Of a stretch of 39,222 bases of DNA, positions 12,022 to 24,201 are shown piece by piece; position 1 is the first letter of the stretch, and the number at the start of each line of letters is the position of its first letter. The translations under genes were made by a program, and so were the position numbers. Origin of the DNA: Basidioascus undulatus. Lineage: Eukaryota. The notes under the pieces are model-generated. The model had not been told where the DNA came from, ran no database searches, and saw only the letters and a program-made list of their open reading frames with translations. The stretch spans positions 1 to 39,222 of the forward strand of contig JTLS01000217.1 in the NCBI GenBank assembly GCA_000826855.1, in the 5' to 3' direction.

Positions 12022-13669
12022 CTATGCCTTCCCACCCAGATCTTGCACCACCTCCTCCTTGCCCTTCTCTTCCACCTCGGGCGCAGCAGCAGCACCCGCA
12101 GACGGGGCCGCCTCGGCCGGAAAAGCCGCTGACGCAGCGGGGGCTGCGGAGGCGGATGCGGAGGTTGATGCCGCGGCGGAGGAGGACGGCTTAGTGGCGA
12201 GGCGCTGGTCGAGCGCCTTGAGCGCAAGGGCTCTGAAGGGTCGGAGAAAGGAAATTGATGAGCAGAGCCGCGGAGGGATTGAGGAAAGGGGATGGAAGGC
12301 GTACCTTCGCCGCTCGGCTTCCGCGCGGGAAGAGACGAAGCCGGACTCGAGGTCGCCCACTGGGGCTCCCCATGGCTGCAGGACCTTGAACTTCACCGCG
12401 AGGGCGAAGAGGGTGTTGGAGAGGAGGCCGACGGGCTTGCTGTTCCGCGCGCGAAGAAATCCCATTTCCCCAAACAGCATTAGATCCACACTACCTGAAG
12501 ACGCATACCGAAGGAAGGTGGAGAGAAACGCACTGGAGGAACGGCGGGAACCAGTTGACAAACGCGAACGTCTCGCTTCGGTCGCCCCTATACCCGCCCT
12601 CGCCGGCGATGTCGCCCGCGGGCGTCCACTTTACGAAGCGCAGGTAAAACCACGAGACGAGCCAGCCGAACTGGATTAGGATCCACGGCGACTGGAAGCC
12701 GACGATACAGAGGATGTTGGACAGCGTCACGTAGGCCATGGGGAGCGACTGAGGTGGAGTGGGAAGAGCGGCAGGGAGGAGTGAGAACGAGGAGTTGAGA
12801 AGGAAAGGAGGTAGAGTGGAGGGTAGGAACGCACCTTGACGCGGACTTTGAGGAAGCGGAAGAGCTGCACTTGGTGCTCCGGAATGAGCTGCGTGAACGC
12901 GACGAGGAAGCCCGTTTGCAGGGCTGTTTGACCGGAGTACGACATGCCGTATCTATCATCCACCCACATACGCACTCAGCATCCCCGTCTTCCCTCCTCG
13001 CCCTGGATCGCAGGCAGACAATGCAGGGAAACTCACAAGAACGACTCGCTCCCGAGGACGTAGAACTCCAGCACGTTCACGAAGATGGCGATGATGTTCG
13101 AGGCGACGATCACGACCGCGCAGAACTTGAGCAGCTCGAGCTGCCCCCATACGCGCTCGAGGTAGCGCCCGCTGAGGACGAGGGAGAGGACGGAGATGGC
13201 GAACTGCAAAGGGGTGCGAGGATGAGTTGCGGGTTGGAAAGGTGGGGAAGGCGGGAGGGTGGGTATGGGTAGAGATGAAGCGGAGACGCACGGAGAAGAT
13301 GTTGGTTTCGACAAAGCCGGCGGTGAGGAAAGACCAGGGGAACCAGTACGAGGCACCGGGCTGCGGGGGGTTGGGGGCAAGGGATTAGGTCCAGTTCCGT
13401 GCTGACCCGCCGCCTAGGCCGAGCATCAGACTCACAACGACCAGCAACCAGGGTTCATCCGTGTGTCCCCCCAATTCAAACGCATATCTGTACACCACGT
13501 GTACGAGCGAGAGCGCAGTGAGCGCGCCGACGAGCCAGCGCGTCGCGGGCGGCGTTTGGGTCACGAATGGCGGGAGACTGAACGGTCCGGCCACTGTCGA
13601 TCGAGTCCATGGAAAATCAGTCAGTATACCCGCCTGGAGACGGGTATGAACGGGGTAGAAAGACTTGCT
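12022..13669 (-). CDS. DUF1751 / TMEM115-like rhomboid-superfamily Golgi membrane protein
   Basis: PWSFLTAGFVETN, GRYLERVWGQLELLKF, GFLVAFTQLIPEHQV, FGWLVSWFYLRF, RGDRSETFAFVNWFPP, RAEAERRR-ALALKALDQRL; start codon inferred as A(13669)|TG(13593-13592) across a GC-AG intron. Confidence 0.88.
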
Positions 13670-14021
13670 GGTGATGGCGCCGGTTGATGGAGGCAGGGCA
13701 AGCAGGACGCGACGCAGCAGGCTGAAGCGACAGCTCGAAACTCAAGGCGGCCGAGTGCAGCCGCCGCGGATTCAGTGTGAACAGTCCGCGGACAGATCGA
13801 TCGCACCGTAGAGCGTCAGATACTTCGTTCAGATCAGAGTCCGTTTGGTAGGGCACAAAGGAACCACAGGAAATAAAAGTTAAAGAAGTGCTGGAAATAA
13901 ACAAATGAGAAATGAGACAGGGAGGCAGAATGCCTGTCGACAGGAAACCGACAGCGCCGGCTGCGTTCTGACCGGACTCCTGTCACAACGCGGCTAAATG
14001 TTCAGCTCCACGAGAACAGCA

Positions 14022-14045
14022 GTTCTGGAATATAAATTCCAGAAC
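14022..14045. promoter_or_regulatory. 10-bp perfect inverted repeat enclosing TATAAA in divergent intergenic region
   Basis: GTTCTGGAAT-ATAA-ATTCCAGAAC; each arm carries TTCnnGAA. Confidence 0.4.
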
Positions 14046-14578
14046 ACATAGAGACTGAACAACTAAATTCGAGCGGATATCTTACAGTCTGACGCGTTGT
14101 GTTCGCTTGTCTCCCCACACAGCAGCAACCCTAACTACTAACCTCAGGAGATTTCGAACTCCGAAAGGCGGCGGTTCGGCCGTCTACCCACCTCATCCTC
14201 CCACTCCCCTCCTCATCCTCAGTCTCTTTTACTGACGCACTAAAACTCTTCCTCATCTCTGACTGTACTCACTCCGCGCTTCTGCGCTTCTTCGAACCGC
14301 ACCGCGCGCGTTAGACGTTTTCAGCCAAACAACCCGTCTCGAACGGGTTTTTTTCACGTGGTCCGCCCTGGTCTTTGTACCCCCTCGCACAATCTTTCAC
14401 AGCGCATCTAATCGCTTCTCGATCACCCAGACGGGCCTTTCAAACTGCGCGATCCCGTCTTCTCAACCTTTAGAACGTCCGTGTGTCATTTCAACAGACC
14501 GGTCGCGCACACGCTCTGACGCGCCGTCCACCCCCTATGCGTTTGTGTGTGTCACAGAACCTTCGCGGCGGCGACAGC

Positions 14579-17263
14579 ATGACTGAAGACGCCGCCAACG
14601 CGAGTGCGGCTTCGACCACGCCGGCTACCCTCCCGCTCGCGACCGATGCCAGCTCCAATTCGACGAAACTGCGCGCGCCGCCAGTCACGTCCGAGGAGGT
14701 CAACCTCCTCGTCCTCCACTACCTCCAAGATTCTGGTTCGCGCCTTTCCCAACTCGCTCTCATTGAAGCAAACCGCTTATTATTATTTCCATCCGTAACT
14801 TTGGCTTTGTCTTTTTAGGATTCTCGCACGCTGCGTTCGCGCTGAGAAACGAAGCGGCGCTGCACCTGCCTCAGCCCGACGCGCCGATCGAGCGCGGCTT
14901 GCTCGTCAAGTACCTCCAGAAGGGGCTCTTGTATGACGAAGTCGAGCAAACCGTTCAAGCTGTCCGTCTTCTATCTTCCGCTTATCAGTGTTCTTCCGCG
15001 TCCGCGCTCACACGACCGTGCACCCAGGACGGCACCATCGTCCCTTACCTTCACCCTCTCCGCCTTCTGGGCGACGCCACCCCCGCCGAAGCGACCACCG
15101 TCCTGCTCGTCCCTCCCTCGAACCCCCCTCCCGTAACACTCGCCACGCCCGCCGCGGCCTCCGCCGCAGTGGCCGCCGTCGCGCCGACAAACGGCGCAGC
15201 GGCAGCGGTGCAAGCCGGCGCGAAGCGCAAGGCTGCTGCGTCGCCGAGCGCAGTGCCCCGGCCGGAGGAGAAGAAGGCGAAGCGGAGCGTGTCGGGCACG
15301 CCGAGCGCGCAGGACCAGAAGCCCAGGAAGTCGCTGCACAAGCCAGGCCAGGCGCCGAGAAACCTCAAGCCGCTTGGGAAGGACGAGGCGATGTTTTTGG
15401 AGGGGCACAAGGGAAACGTGCGTTTCTGCCTCTTCAGAGGCTGTATGCGGCGCTCGTTCTGACAGGGCGCGGTGCCTTTCGCGCAGGTCTATTCGACTGT
15501 GTGGCATCCGAAGAATCCTTCGATTCTTGCGACCTCGTAAGTTTTTTTTAGATATTCCGTTACATAACGTCGCGCTGAGCCCACCATCGCTCGCAGAGCC
15601 GCCGACGGCACCGTTCGGATTTGGGATCTGCCTGAGGACCCGCTCGCCGAGCCCGACCACATCCTGCCGCCGACCTTGTGCGTACACAAGCCGCGCACGC
15701 CGAGCGACCCGAAGGACCTCACCACCATGGTCTGGAATGTGCGTCCCCCACTTCCGTTCTGATACTTACACGCGCGGCATGCCGGACTCGAGAGCTCACT
15801 CGTGGGACGCTGCGCACAGGCTCAAGGCACTCAGCTCGCGAGCGGCGCGTACGACGGCGGCGTGTGGGTGTGGTCCGCTGAAGGGAACAACTTGATGGAG
15901 GTGCGCTTCGTATCGTGCGGTCGGGCTTGTTGGCTGACTTCCGAGCTGAACGCGTGACTGTGACAGAGCCGCAAGCACACAGGGCCCGTCTTCGCCGTCC
16001 GCTTCAACCAGCGGGGAGACCGACTGCTTTCGTGCGTCGGCGCAGTTGCTTCGGTGGTTGTATGGGAAAGGCGGGTGCTGATGATGGTTGATGTGGGCGC
16101 AGAGTCGGTATCGACCAGCATACGATTGTGTGGGATCTCAAGACCCGGAAGGTTCTCCAAAAGTGGCACGTCCACACCGGTGAGCTTGCGGTAATGCTTC
16201 CTAATTTTCGACTCAATCTCACTCTTTAATCTGGCTTCGCCCTTCAGGCTCGATTCTCGACGCCGACTGGTTAGACAACGACATCTTCGCGACGTGCGCT
16301 TTACAGTCCTACAACGGCCTATCCTTTTTACATTCTGACATGAAATTGATGGCTGCGGGGGCGCGCAGTGCCGGCGGCGACCGAGTCATCGGCATCTTCA
16401 AAGTCGGGGAGTCCCAACCGCTGCGCATCCTGACGGGCCACTCGCGCGAGGTCAACCAAGTGCGATGGGACCCGTCCCGGACGCTTCTCGCGACAGGATC
16501 AGACGACACCACGTTGCGGTGCGTGCTTATTCTGAAACGAGCATCCAACGCAGCGCCGGTCTGATGCTGTTCGCGTTGGGTTGGGTTGGTGGGCAGGATC
16601 TGGAAGCTGGACTTGAAGTCCGAGGTCCGCACCGAGACGCAGCGCAAGCCGCCGCGCGACAAGGAGGTCATCCGGACCATGACCGGCCACACGCGCGAGA
16701 TCGGGTGCATCACCTGGGCACCCGCGACGTCTGCGTACCCTGACAAGAAGCTCTTTGCGTCGTGCGTCCCTCCTCTGCTCCGAACCGGCGATTCTGAGAG
16801 CGGGCATGCTGATGGGACGAGTCGGTGGGTGCAGCGGAGGCATGGAGGGCCAGGCGCGCATCTGGGACGTCGAGACGGGCGAGTGCCTCTGGAAGGTCGA
16901 CCACAGCTCGAACCACGTCTTCACGATCGACTTTGCGCCCGATGCGCGCATGGTCGCCATCGGAGGCGCGGACGCGCGGGTGACGCTGTGGCATACTCTC
17001 GTGCGCGCATCACGCGCTCTCTCTCAAGCTTCAGCTCACTCATCTGACTTTCCCTCCTGGTGGTAACGCAGAGCGGCCAAATCGAAAAGGACTGGCTCGT
17101 CCCCGATGGGCTGTACGACCTGCGCTGGCGGCCCGACGGCAAGCGCATCGCGTTCGGGACCAAGGGCGACGGGCTCGTCGTGGTCGACATGGACAGCTAC
17201 GAGGTGCAGCAGCGGGAGAAGAGCAAGAGCAAGGAGCGGGAGGACGGGCGCGCCTTGGCTTGA
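14579..17263 (+). CDS. SIF2: LisH + WD40 protein, Sif2/TBL1/Ebi family (Set3C/NCoR-type HDAC complex subunit)
   Basis: VTSEEVNLLVLHYLQDSGFSHAAFAL (LisH), GLLVKYLQKGLLYDEVE, and WD repeats (LEGHKGN, ADGTVRIWD, HTGPVFAVRFN, GHSREVNQVRWDPSRTLLATGSDDTT); more than 12 introns. Confidence 0.88.
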
Positions 17264-18071
17264 GGGTCTTGTATTTTTTTGAGACCTTTGTGGCTCTTTC
17301 TTCCCTGTAACTTTTCTCGTCTTTCGTTTCGATGTGTGTTGAAGAAGCGCGCCCGCTTGGGCACTCGGTTACTTGTGGGTTTGCGTGTTCATTCGGATTT
17401 GAACGCTGTTTGTGTTGAGTCTTATGCCACCCGGTAAACTTGAGCTGATTATAGAGATACTTATTCGCTTCAATTCAATGGTATGGCAATGAGAGATTGA
17501 GGACAGGCACTGAAAAGAAGAAAGCGCAGACACTGCGCCCGTAACGTCTGTCGCCCACGCCTGTTTGGCGGCAAACATCGGTGGACCTTCCCGCGTCGCG
17601 TTCGTGTTCCCCCAGGACGCGTCTCGCTCCCTCATTACACTCTCATAGCCCGAGCATCGACTTTGTCCTCGCTCCTTGTACTTTAAACGATCAACAGCAC
17701 CTGTACGTTCTTCTTGGCATGGTCGAAAACTCGTCTGTCCCCCGTGTGTGCTAACATCTCACACTCAGGCAGCTTCGACGTTGACTGTGAGCACACTTGC
17801 CCATACGTCTTTGAAACAGGCCCCCTCGCATTTCTTTCTATCGTGTCTGGTTTGAACCCGACTGCGTGCCGCCCGGTGAGTCAGTATTCGTTCTCCTGGC
17901 GTTCGTGGGAGCGTGATAATGCACAGCTTCATCTTCGGTCGATACCACCCTGGAATTGTGGAACAGCATAACGCAAGATGCGCGGCGTGATTACTCGTGA
18001 GACTGACAACCCCGCAATACAGCTTGAACGTCTCACCGCCATCTCCTCATCACCCTCCATCGCATACCGTC

Positions 18072-20202
18072 ATGAGCACTTCGCACCGCCCCTCTCCCGC
18101 GCCCATAAATCGAAATGCAGAGGCCCCTGCCGATGGGCATGAGCCCTACTACCTCGAAGCAGGCAGCTCGAACCGGATGGTTCTCTCGCTGCGCTCCCTC
18201 ATCCCGGACCAAGTCGACTGGTCCTTGCAGTCGCTCGCTCGCCTCTCCTTCCAGTTCCCCGCCGAGTTCCACCTGCAGCCCTTCAACGGCCTGGTCGATG
18301 GCCTGCTCGCCTATCCACGCGAAGCGGTGCACCGCGCTGCGACGGGCGACTACGAGGGGCAGCAGCCGGCCGCGTTCGAGGGCGGCTGGCAGGACACGCT
18401 CCGGCGCGCGAACGAGTCCGCGCTCGTCCTCCGCAACATGAGCATGCAGGAGGGCAACGCGGGTTTCCTCGAGAGCGCGGGCTACCGCCCGACGATCATC
18501 GGCATCCTCGTCGCGCTCCTTGCTCTTGTCGACGACGATGAAGACCTCGCGGAGCTCACCCTCGCCTTCCTCGATATCGCCCACCCAGTTGCGCACAACG
18601 TCCGCCTCGAGCGCATGCGCGGGCGCGATCTCGTCGCGCCCCTCGGCCGCCTCGTCCACTCGAACGACCGCGCCCTCATCCTCGCCGGCCTTCGCCTGCT
18701 CACCGCGTTGGCTATCAACGAGCGCAACGAGACGGCGATCGTAAATCGGGTCAAGACGCCGCTCGACGCCGTCCTCACGCTCCTGCCTCTGCCCGACGCG
18801 CCACTGCGCGGGGCATTGCTCGAGTACCTCTACCAGACGACCCTCTTCGCCGGCGCGTGCACGGTATTCTTCAACCACTGCGACTTCGTGCCGAGCCTGC
18901 GCCTTCTGGCTACGTTCCTTTACGAGGAAGCAGAGGAGGAGGAACGTCTGGAGCCGTTCCCGATCCAGCCGCGCGCCTTGCCGGAGCGCGAGCCGTTGAA
19001 CGGTGTGCTGGACGCGGAGGATCTAAGTAGGCTCGTTCCGCTCCAAGAACCCGAACGCGCCGTGGCATGGTGAGCTTTATCGATCGCCAGCCCAGTGTCC
19101 TCAGATGGATGGTCTGATTCGGGCCTTTCACCTGCAGGATGCGCACGCTGTTCGCGTTCGAGGCCGAGAGCGAAGTGACGCAGGTCGCGTTCTGGACGAT
19201 GTACAAGGACACCTTCACGCCATATTCGACTCCTATGAACCCGCTCCTGGCCGCCGCAGAGGTTATCAAGAACGTGCAGACCGCGTTTCCTCAGGCCGTC
19301 GCGCAGGTCACGCAGGACAAGCCGGCCCGATTCGTCATCAAGAATCTGCGCTTGCGGGACAAGGACGGTTCGTCGCCGTTCTTCTTGAGCTTCAGGCCAG
19401 TCTGCTGTTAGGCCTGTTTCGATTTTAATGAGGATGTTGTGCGAGGGCAGAGAAGTACCGCTTCCGCTGTCGATGGGGCGACGATACGCGGACGTTCGAC
19501 AACCCGCAAGACCTGTACGACTACGTCTGCTCCACCTACATCGATGCCGAGCCTGCCCCTCCCGCGCTGCTCTGGGCCGGCACGACCTTCACGCCTTCCC
19601 CCGACTCGTCCCTCTCGCTGCGCGAGCAAATGAAGCGCCGGCTCCTCACCTACCTCCCCACGCCCTCCCGACCCGCTCGCGCGCCCGGCCAGCCCGCGCA
19701 GCTGACCGTACCGCCCAACGCCCTCACCCCAATCCTCCCCGACGCGACCGCGCGGGAGATCGTTCCCCCGCCGACGAAGGGCGTCTCTCACTCCGTCCTC
19801 CACGCGCAGCAGGACGAGCAAGGGTTCCCGACGGGGCTCGGATACGTCGCGGCGCTCGTGCTGCGCAACCTCGCGCGCGCGGTGTCGGGCACGGCGCACG
19901 CGTCCGAAGGTCCCGGCGGGGAGGGCATGTTCGGGCTGCCCATACCGCCGAGCTTGCTGGCGAGCGAGGATACGGACGAGGAGGAGGAGGCGGAGCGCGA
20001 GGCGGAGCGCGAGAGGAGAGAGAGGGAGAAGGAGGTCGAGGGTGAGGGCGAGGACGTCCGTAGGGGAAGGCAGAAAGCCAAGAAGGCCTTCAGGTCCGTC
20101 AGGGACGTGCTCACGGATGTTGCGACGCGCGGCGTTGGAAAATTGCCCGGCATGGCGTTCGAGGTGCTCGAGCTCACTGGAACCGGCGCGTGGGGCGTGT
20201 AG
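18072..20202 (+). CDS. RSC9: RSC chromatin-remodelling subunit Rsc9 (ARID2-related; ARM + RFX-type winged helix)
   Basis: NRMVLSLRSLIPDQVDWSL, RRANESALVLRNMS, EPERAVAWMRTLF...VTQVAFWTMYKDTF...AAEVIKNVQTAFP...RFVIKNLRLR, AALVLRNLAR; two introns. Confidence 0.85.
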
Positions 20203-20971
20203 AGCTGCCCCGGGATGTCGAGGGCTTTTTGGTTGTTGTATACATGTTTCTATTTGCATGCCCTGTGGAGCCGCTCCAGGCGTCTGCTGAAAGGGACTTG
20301 TCGGTGTCAAGAAAGAGAGCGCGACTACGCGACGCTGCGAAGCGCACAGCTGGTGTGTCAGGCATATGATTCTTCCACTTTCCACTTAATCATTTATTTT
20401 CGATTCAGGTCGCACCGCTTGGCTCCATTCTTGGGCGTTGCGCAATGCAGCGAGCGTGAGTACCCATACGCTTCCTCTACCCACTCATGTGCCATCTTGG
20501 GGTTCTCATCGCCTAACCCTTGCCTATTTCGCGACTGCTGAGTGACAGGTCGCTAATGAATCATTTCCAGCAACTTCTACTTGCAACGATAAGGTTGGCA
20601 CGTCGATAATGTGAGAACCCCTGCAAATAGCACTAGCCAGTTGCTTGCAAGCGTCGAGCACTGAAGATTCGATCTCCATGTGTGTCACCGAGGTCCAGGC
20701 AGGTTTGTCTCGCAGACGCTAGATGCTATATTCCTGCCGGAACCCTCAGGAGCCCCATATTTTTGCAAAAAGATACAGGATGTACTGCCGGTGCGAAACT
20801 ATGCTCCTCAGCTGCCAGCTGACAGGTGCATGGGAGAGGTACTACAGGACTGTTGAGACGTACGAACGGGAGAGTTCCTTAGTTTTCAGAATACACAGAA
20901 TAAAAGCATTGCTCGGCACCGAATGTACATGATTCGACGGCATCCCGCTGCTAGACATGCCCTCCTAAGCT

Positions 20972-22291
20972 TCACCGGCGCGGTTCCTCTGGCTCAGAGT
21001 ACCCTACAAACGACCCCGTGTTGAAGCCTGACGGGAATGAAGTCTGGCGGCTTTCATCGGGGGACGGCATGTGGTACGTCCAGGGTGCGTGAGTCGACTG
21101 CCGGTTGGGAGACATCTTCCCGTTGTACGTCGCCGAGGGCGGTGGCGGCGTGTACGGAAACTCGTCGTTCGCAGGATTGTAGAGGGGCGGCGAAGAGGAG
21201 GGCGGCGGACTGTAGGAGTTGTAGCCAAGGGTTGAGGAGTCGAGATACGGAACGGGGTTGGCCGGATTCGGACTGTCGACGTATTGCATCGTCGACACGT
21301 CGGCATACTCCACCTTCTGGACGGGATCGGGCTTGCGCTTCTTTGTGCAACGGTGTAGGTAGAAGGCTACAACGCCCTGTACGGCGAAGATAGGTGACTC
21401 GTGAGCCCATGGCACAGCGACAATGCAGTGTAGAAAACAGGTCGCCTACGATCAACGCAAGACCAACGACACCGCCGACGACCTAGATGGAGTAGGGACT
21501 GAATATAAGTTCCGGGGCTTTTTGTGCTACTGTAAGAAAAGGCGTACCGCTCCGACGATCGCACCAGTATGGGACTCTTTCTCTCCAAAATCCTTGGGCA
21601 CGTCGCTCTCAGGAGCCCAAGTATCGTGATATCGGGCACCGCTGTACTTTCCGTTAAGTTAAGTTCCGAGCCCTCGAACAGCTCTTAAACCCAACGGACT
21701 TGGCAGCTGTGCACTTCTCGTGGTAACCTATGGAGCGGAAGTCGAGTTAATGTGTGTGGCGCGTCAGGCTTGCGTGGCAGCGACAACTCAGTAGACCGTA
21801 TAAAATGATACAGACTGACCAGTATGACCTTTGTTGACACTGTTGAAAGCGGTCTCATTCTTGCTCTTCTTTGTCTCGGTCAGCATGCACCGGGAACACT
21901 GGTGCATGGCGCCCCTGTCCGCCCACACCGAGTCATTCTCCGCTTGGTCCAACCCTCAGGACAGAGAGTCTAAGAATATACGCACTCGTCATCTGGTGCG
22001 CACCAACAGCGCGCGATGTTGGATACTTCATCACACGCCTGGCTCGTTGTGTCGAACAAGCTGCAAGTGCTCTCGCACGACGGGTAGCCTGGAACTTGGC
22101 TCAAGATCTGGACCGAAAGCGCGCGGATGTCGGAGAGGTCATCTCGTCGAATGGGGCTGGAGGCGGAAGAGGTCAGAAATAGAGATATGAGGAACGACAC
22201 AAGACCTAAGGACGAAGAGATGGTCAGCCCGAATCGCGGCACCGGTACGCCGCAGCGAAGGGTTGTCGTGCTTACATTTGAGCTGGACCAT
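20972..22291 (-). CDS. single-pass membrane protein with signal peptide, 8-Cys ectodomain and Pro/Tyr-rich tail
   Basis: Spliced: MVQLKCLVSFLISLFLTSSASSPIRR-DD...CESTC...C...CWC...CSRC...YHEKC...HTGAIVGAVVGGVVGLALIGVVAFYLHRCTKKRK...; ATG in CACCATGG context; about 6 GT-AG introns in consistent phase. Confidence 0.75.
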
Positions 22292-23133
22292 GGTGTTGAG
22301 CTGGACTAGTGAGTCAGGTATCTGCAGCTGGAGGGGATCAAGAGGAAAGACGGCATGCTCTGTGGGGGTGATAGATCCACACAAGGCGGTCGCACGACAT
22401 CCACAGGCAGAGTCAGATAGTCGCCCACCAACTCTATAGCAGGCGGTGCGCTGTCGTTCGCTCGATGGAAGCATGGAAGCATCATGTGCGTACCCACAGC
22501 TTCCGTTTGTAATTCCGCGCTGCCAAGCCATTTTTGTGACAGATATGTCATGCGGAGGCAGTGTTCGAGCAATGGCCATGATGCCCGTGAGGCACAAACG
22601 CTCAAAACCGCTGCGTGTTGAGCACCGCTCCCGCACAACGTATAAGTGGCGCTGGAAATCCTCAAGCTCCGTTTAGGTGTAGACAATTGAGCGGCGGTAT
22701 CGACATTTTCATCCTCTATCGTCACGCGATTCCGTGAACGCTCAAGCATTTTCCTTGAAATGGCCCTCATAAGCAAGGAGGGTTACAATATAGAATTCTG
22801 CCAAATATGCTAATTGTTTTTCTCAATGCCCACACTCTCCTCGACGCTCAAGTGTGGTCAGACTTCATCTACTACGCCAGGACGAGGAGCTGGAGTCAGT
22901 CCGTGTCCAGCTTCACAATGTCCATTCTGTTTTTGAAATTATTTGAAGAGCCATTTATGGCCGGTTTTCAGTGAGGTTTATGTGACGAGGGGTGCTTCTT
23001 GCCTGCCGGTCTCATACACTTCTCATGGCACCAAATGCTTTTATCATTCGAACTGAAAAGTGGGTGCCAGATCTTTTAGGCAATCCATCAAGCACATGAA
23101 GGGGAGCAGGAGCTCGACCCATTTGGGCTGTGG

Positions 23134-24201
23134 TCAAACGGGGGGAAGGACCACAGTCGGAATCACGGGCGTAGGGATGAAAGTCCCACCAACACCACCG
23201 ACTCCAAGACCGCCTTTGTCCCACAATACTTTAATCAGTGGGTACCGAGAGCCTTGCAATGATTAAAATTGCTTACCTTGAGCACCTCCGCCAACACCAA
23301 GACCTGTCCGGTCCACAACGTAAGCAGTCGCTTTCATGGTCACTCGCAAATCAAAGTTTTTCACCTCCCGCACCGCCGAGTGTGCCTGTTCCTCCCACGC
23401 CCGTACCACCTTAACAGAATTATGGGTCAGCTAATCCGGGCATCCCAAAAATCCACCAACCGTGCAGGTAGACCACTTAGCCGTGCAGCTGCTCCACGAG
23501 CTCGCTGTGCATCACACTCCAGCGCACTCTCCAGCACAACTGCTCACCTGCGGCCCCGCCACCAATGCCGGTACCACCTGCGAGCAATATATTTTAGTTT
23601 TTTCTCACACACGGAGAAGCTCCTAGTCGTATAAGTGCAAGCCTAGAGCGGCACTTGACTGACCAGCGAAGGGGTTAAAGCCACCCGGGGGGATGCCTCC
23701 GGGAAAGCCCGCTGCTGTCCCCCCGGCACCTCCCACCCCGGCACCGCCCACGGCTACACCTAGATGAATGAAGAAGAAGAAGAAAAGGATATCAGCTTGT
23801 CGGGCCAGTGTAAACCCGGTGTACGCGGTCTCACCTCCCACGCCCGCCCCTCCGGTACTGCCAGGCCCCTGCAATGACAAGTCATTCAGCATGGAGAATA
23901 TGTGAAACTCCTAAAAGAGGCTGAAAGCAGTCTTACGGCACCCGTACCGCCAACGCCTAAAGGGTTGCAGCGACTCGCTCAGGTACGCAGCTAGCGGAGC
24001 AAGGGCGTCTGTGACATGATCGACGTACCTGTACCGCCCGCAGCGCCTCCGCCAATCCCCGTTCCTGAACAAGGATGGTCATGAGGGTAGGTTCTTTGAG
24101 AATGCAAATCATAAGATAACCTCCTCACCTCCCTGCGGCAGCGGGGCAGCGAAAGCAACGACGCAGGCGGCGAGGAGGAAGATGATCTTGACTGTGACCA
24201 T
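23134..24201 (-). CDS. secreted glycine-rich protein (146 aa) encoded by 9 small exons
   Basis: Exons 24201-24129, 24064-24029, 23956-23937, 23868-23835, 23759-23664, 23577-23548, 23409-23365, 23303-23277, 23213-23134; all GT-AG and phase-consistent; signal peptide MVTVKIIFLLAACVVAFA-APLPQ; not captured by the ORF track. Confidence 0.8.

Noticed and set aside
14140..14190. Hammerhead-ribozyme-like pattern (CTCAGGA..CGAAA-stem-TA)
   Set aside because: Core is CUCAGGA, not CUGANGA; stem II does not form next to the core and there is no stem I pairing
18033..20385. Long antisense ORFs over RSC9 (and similar ones over other genes)
   Set aside because: Shadow ORFs from high third-position GC; no independent motifs
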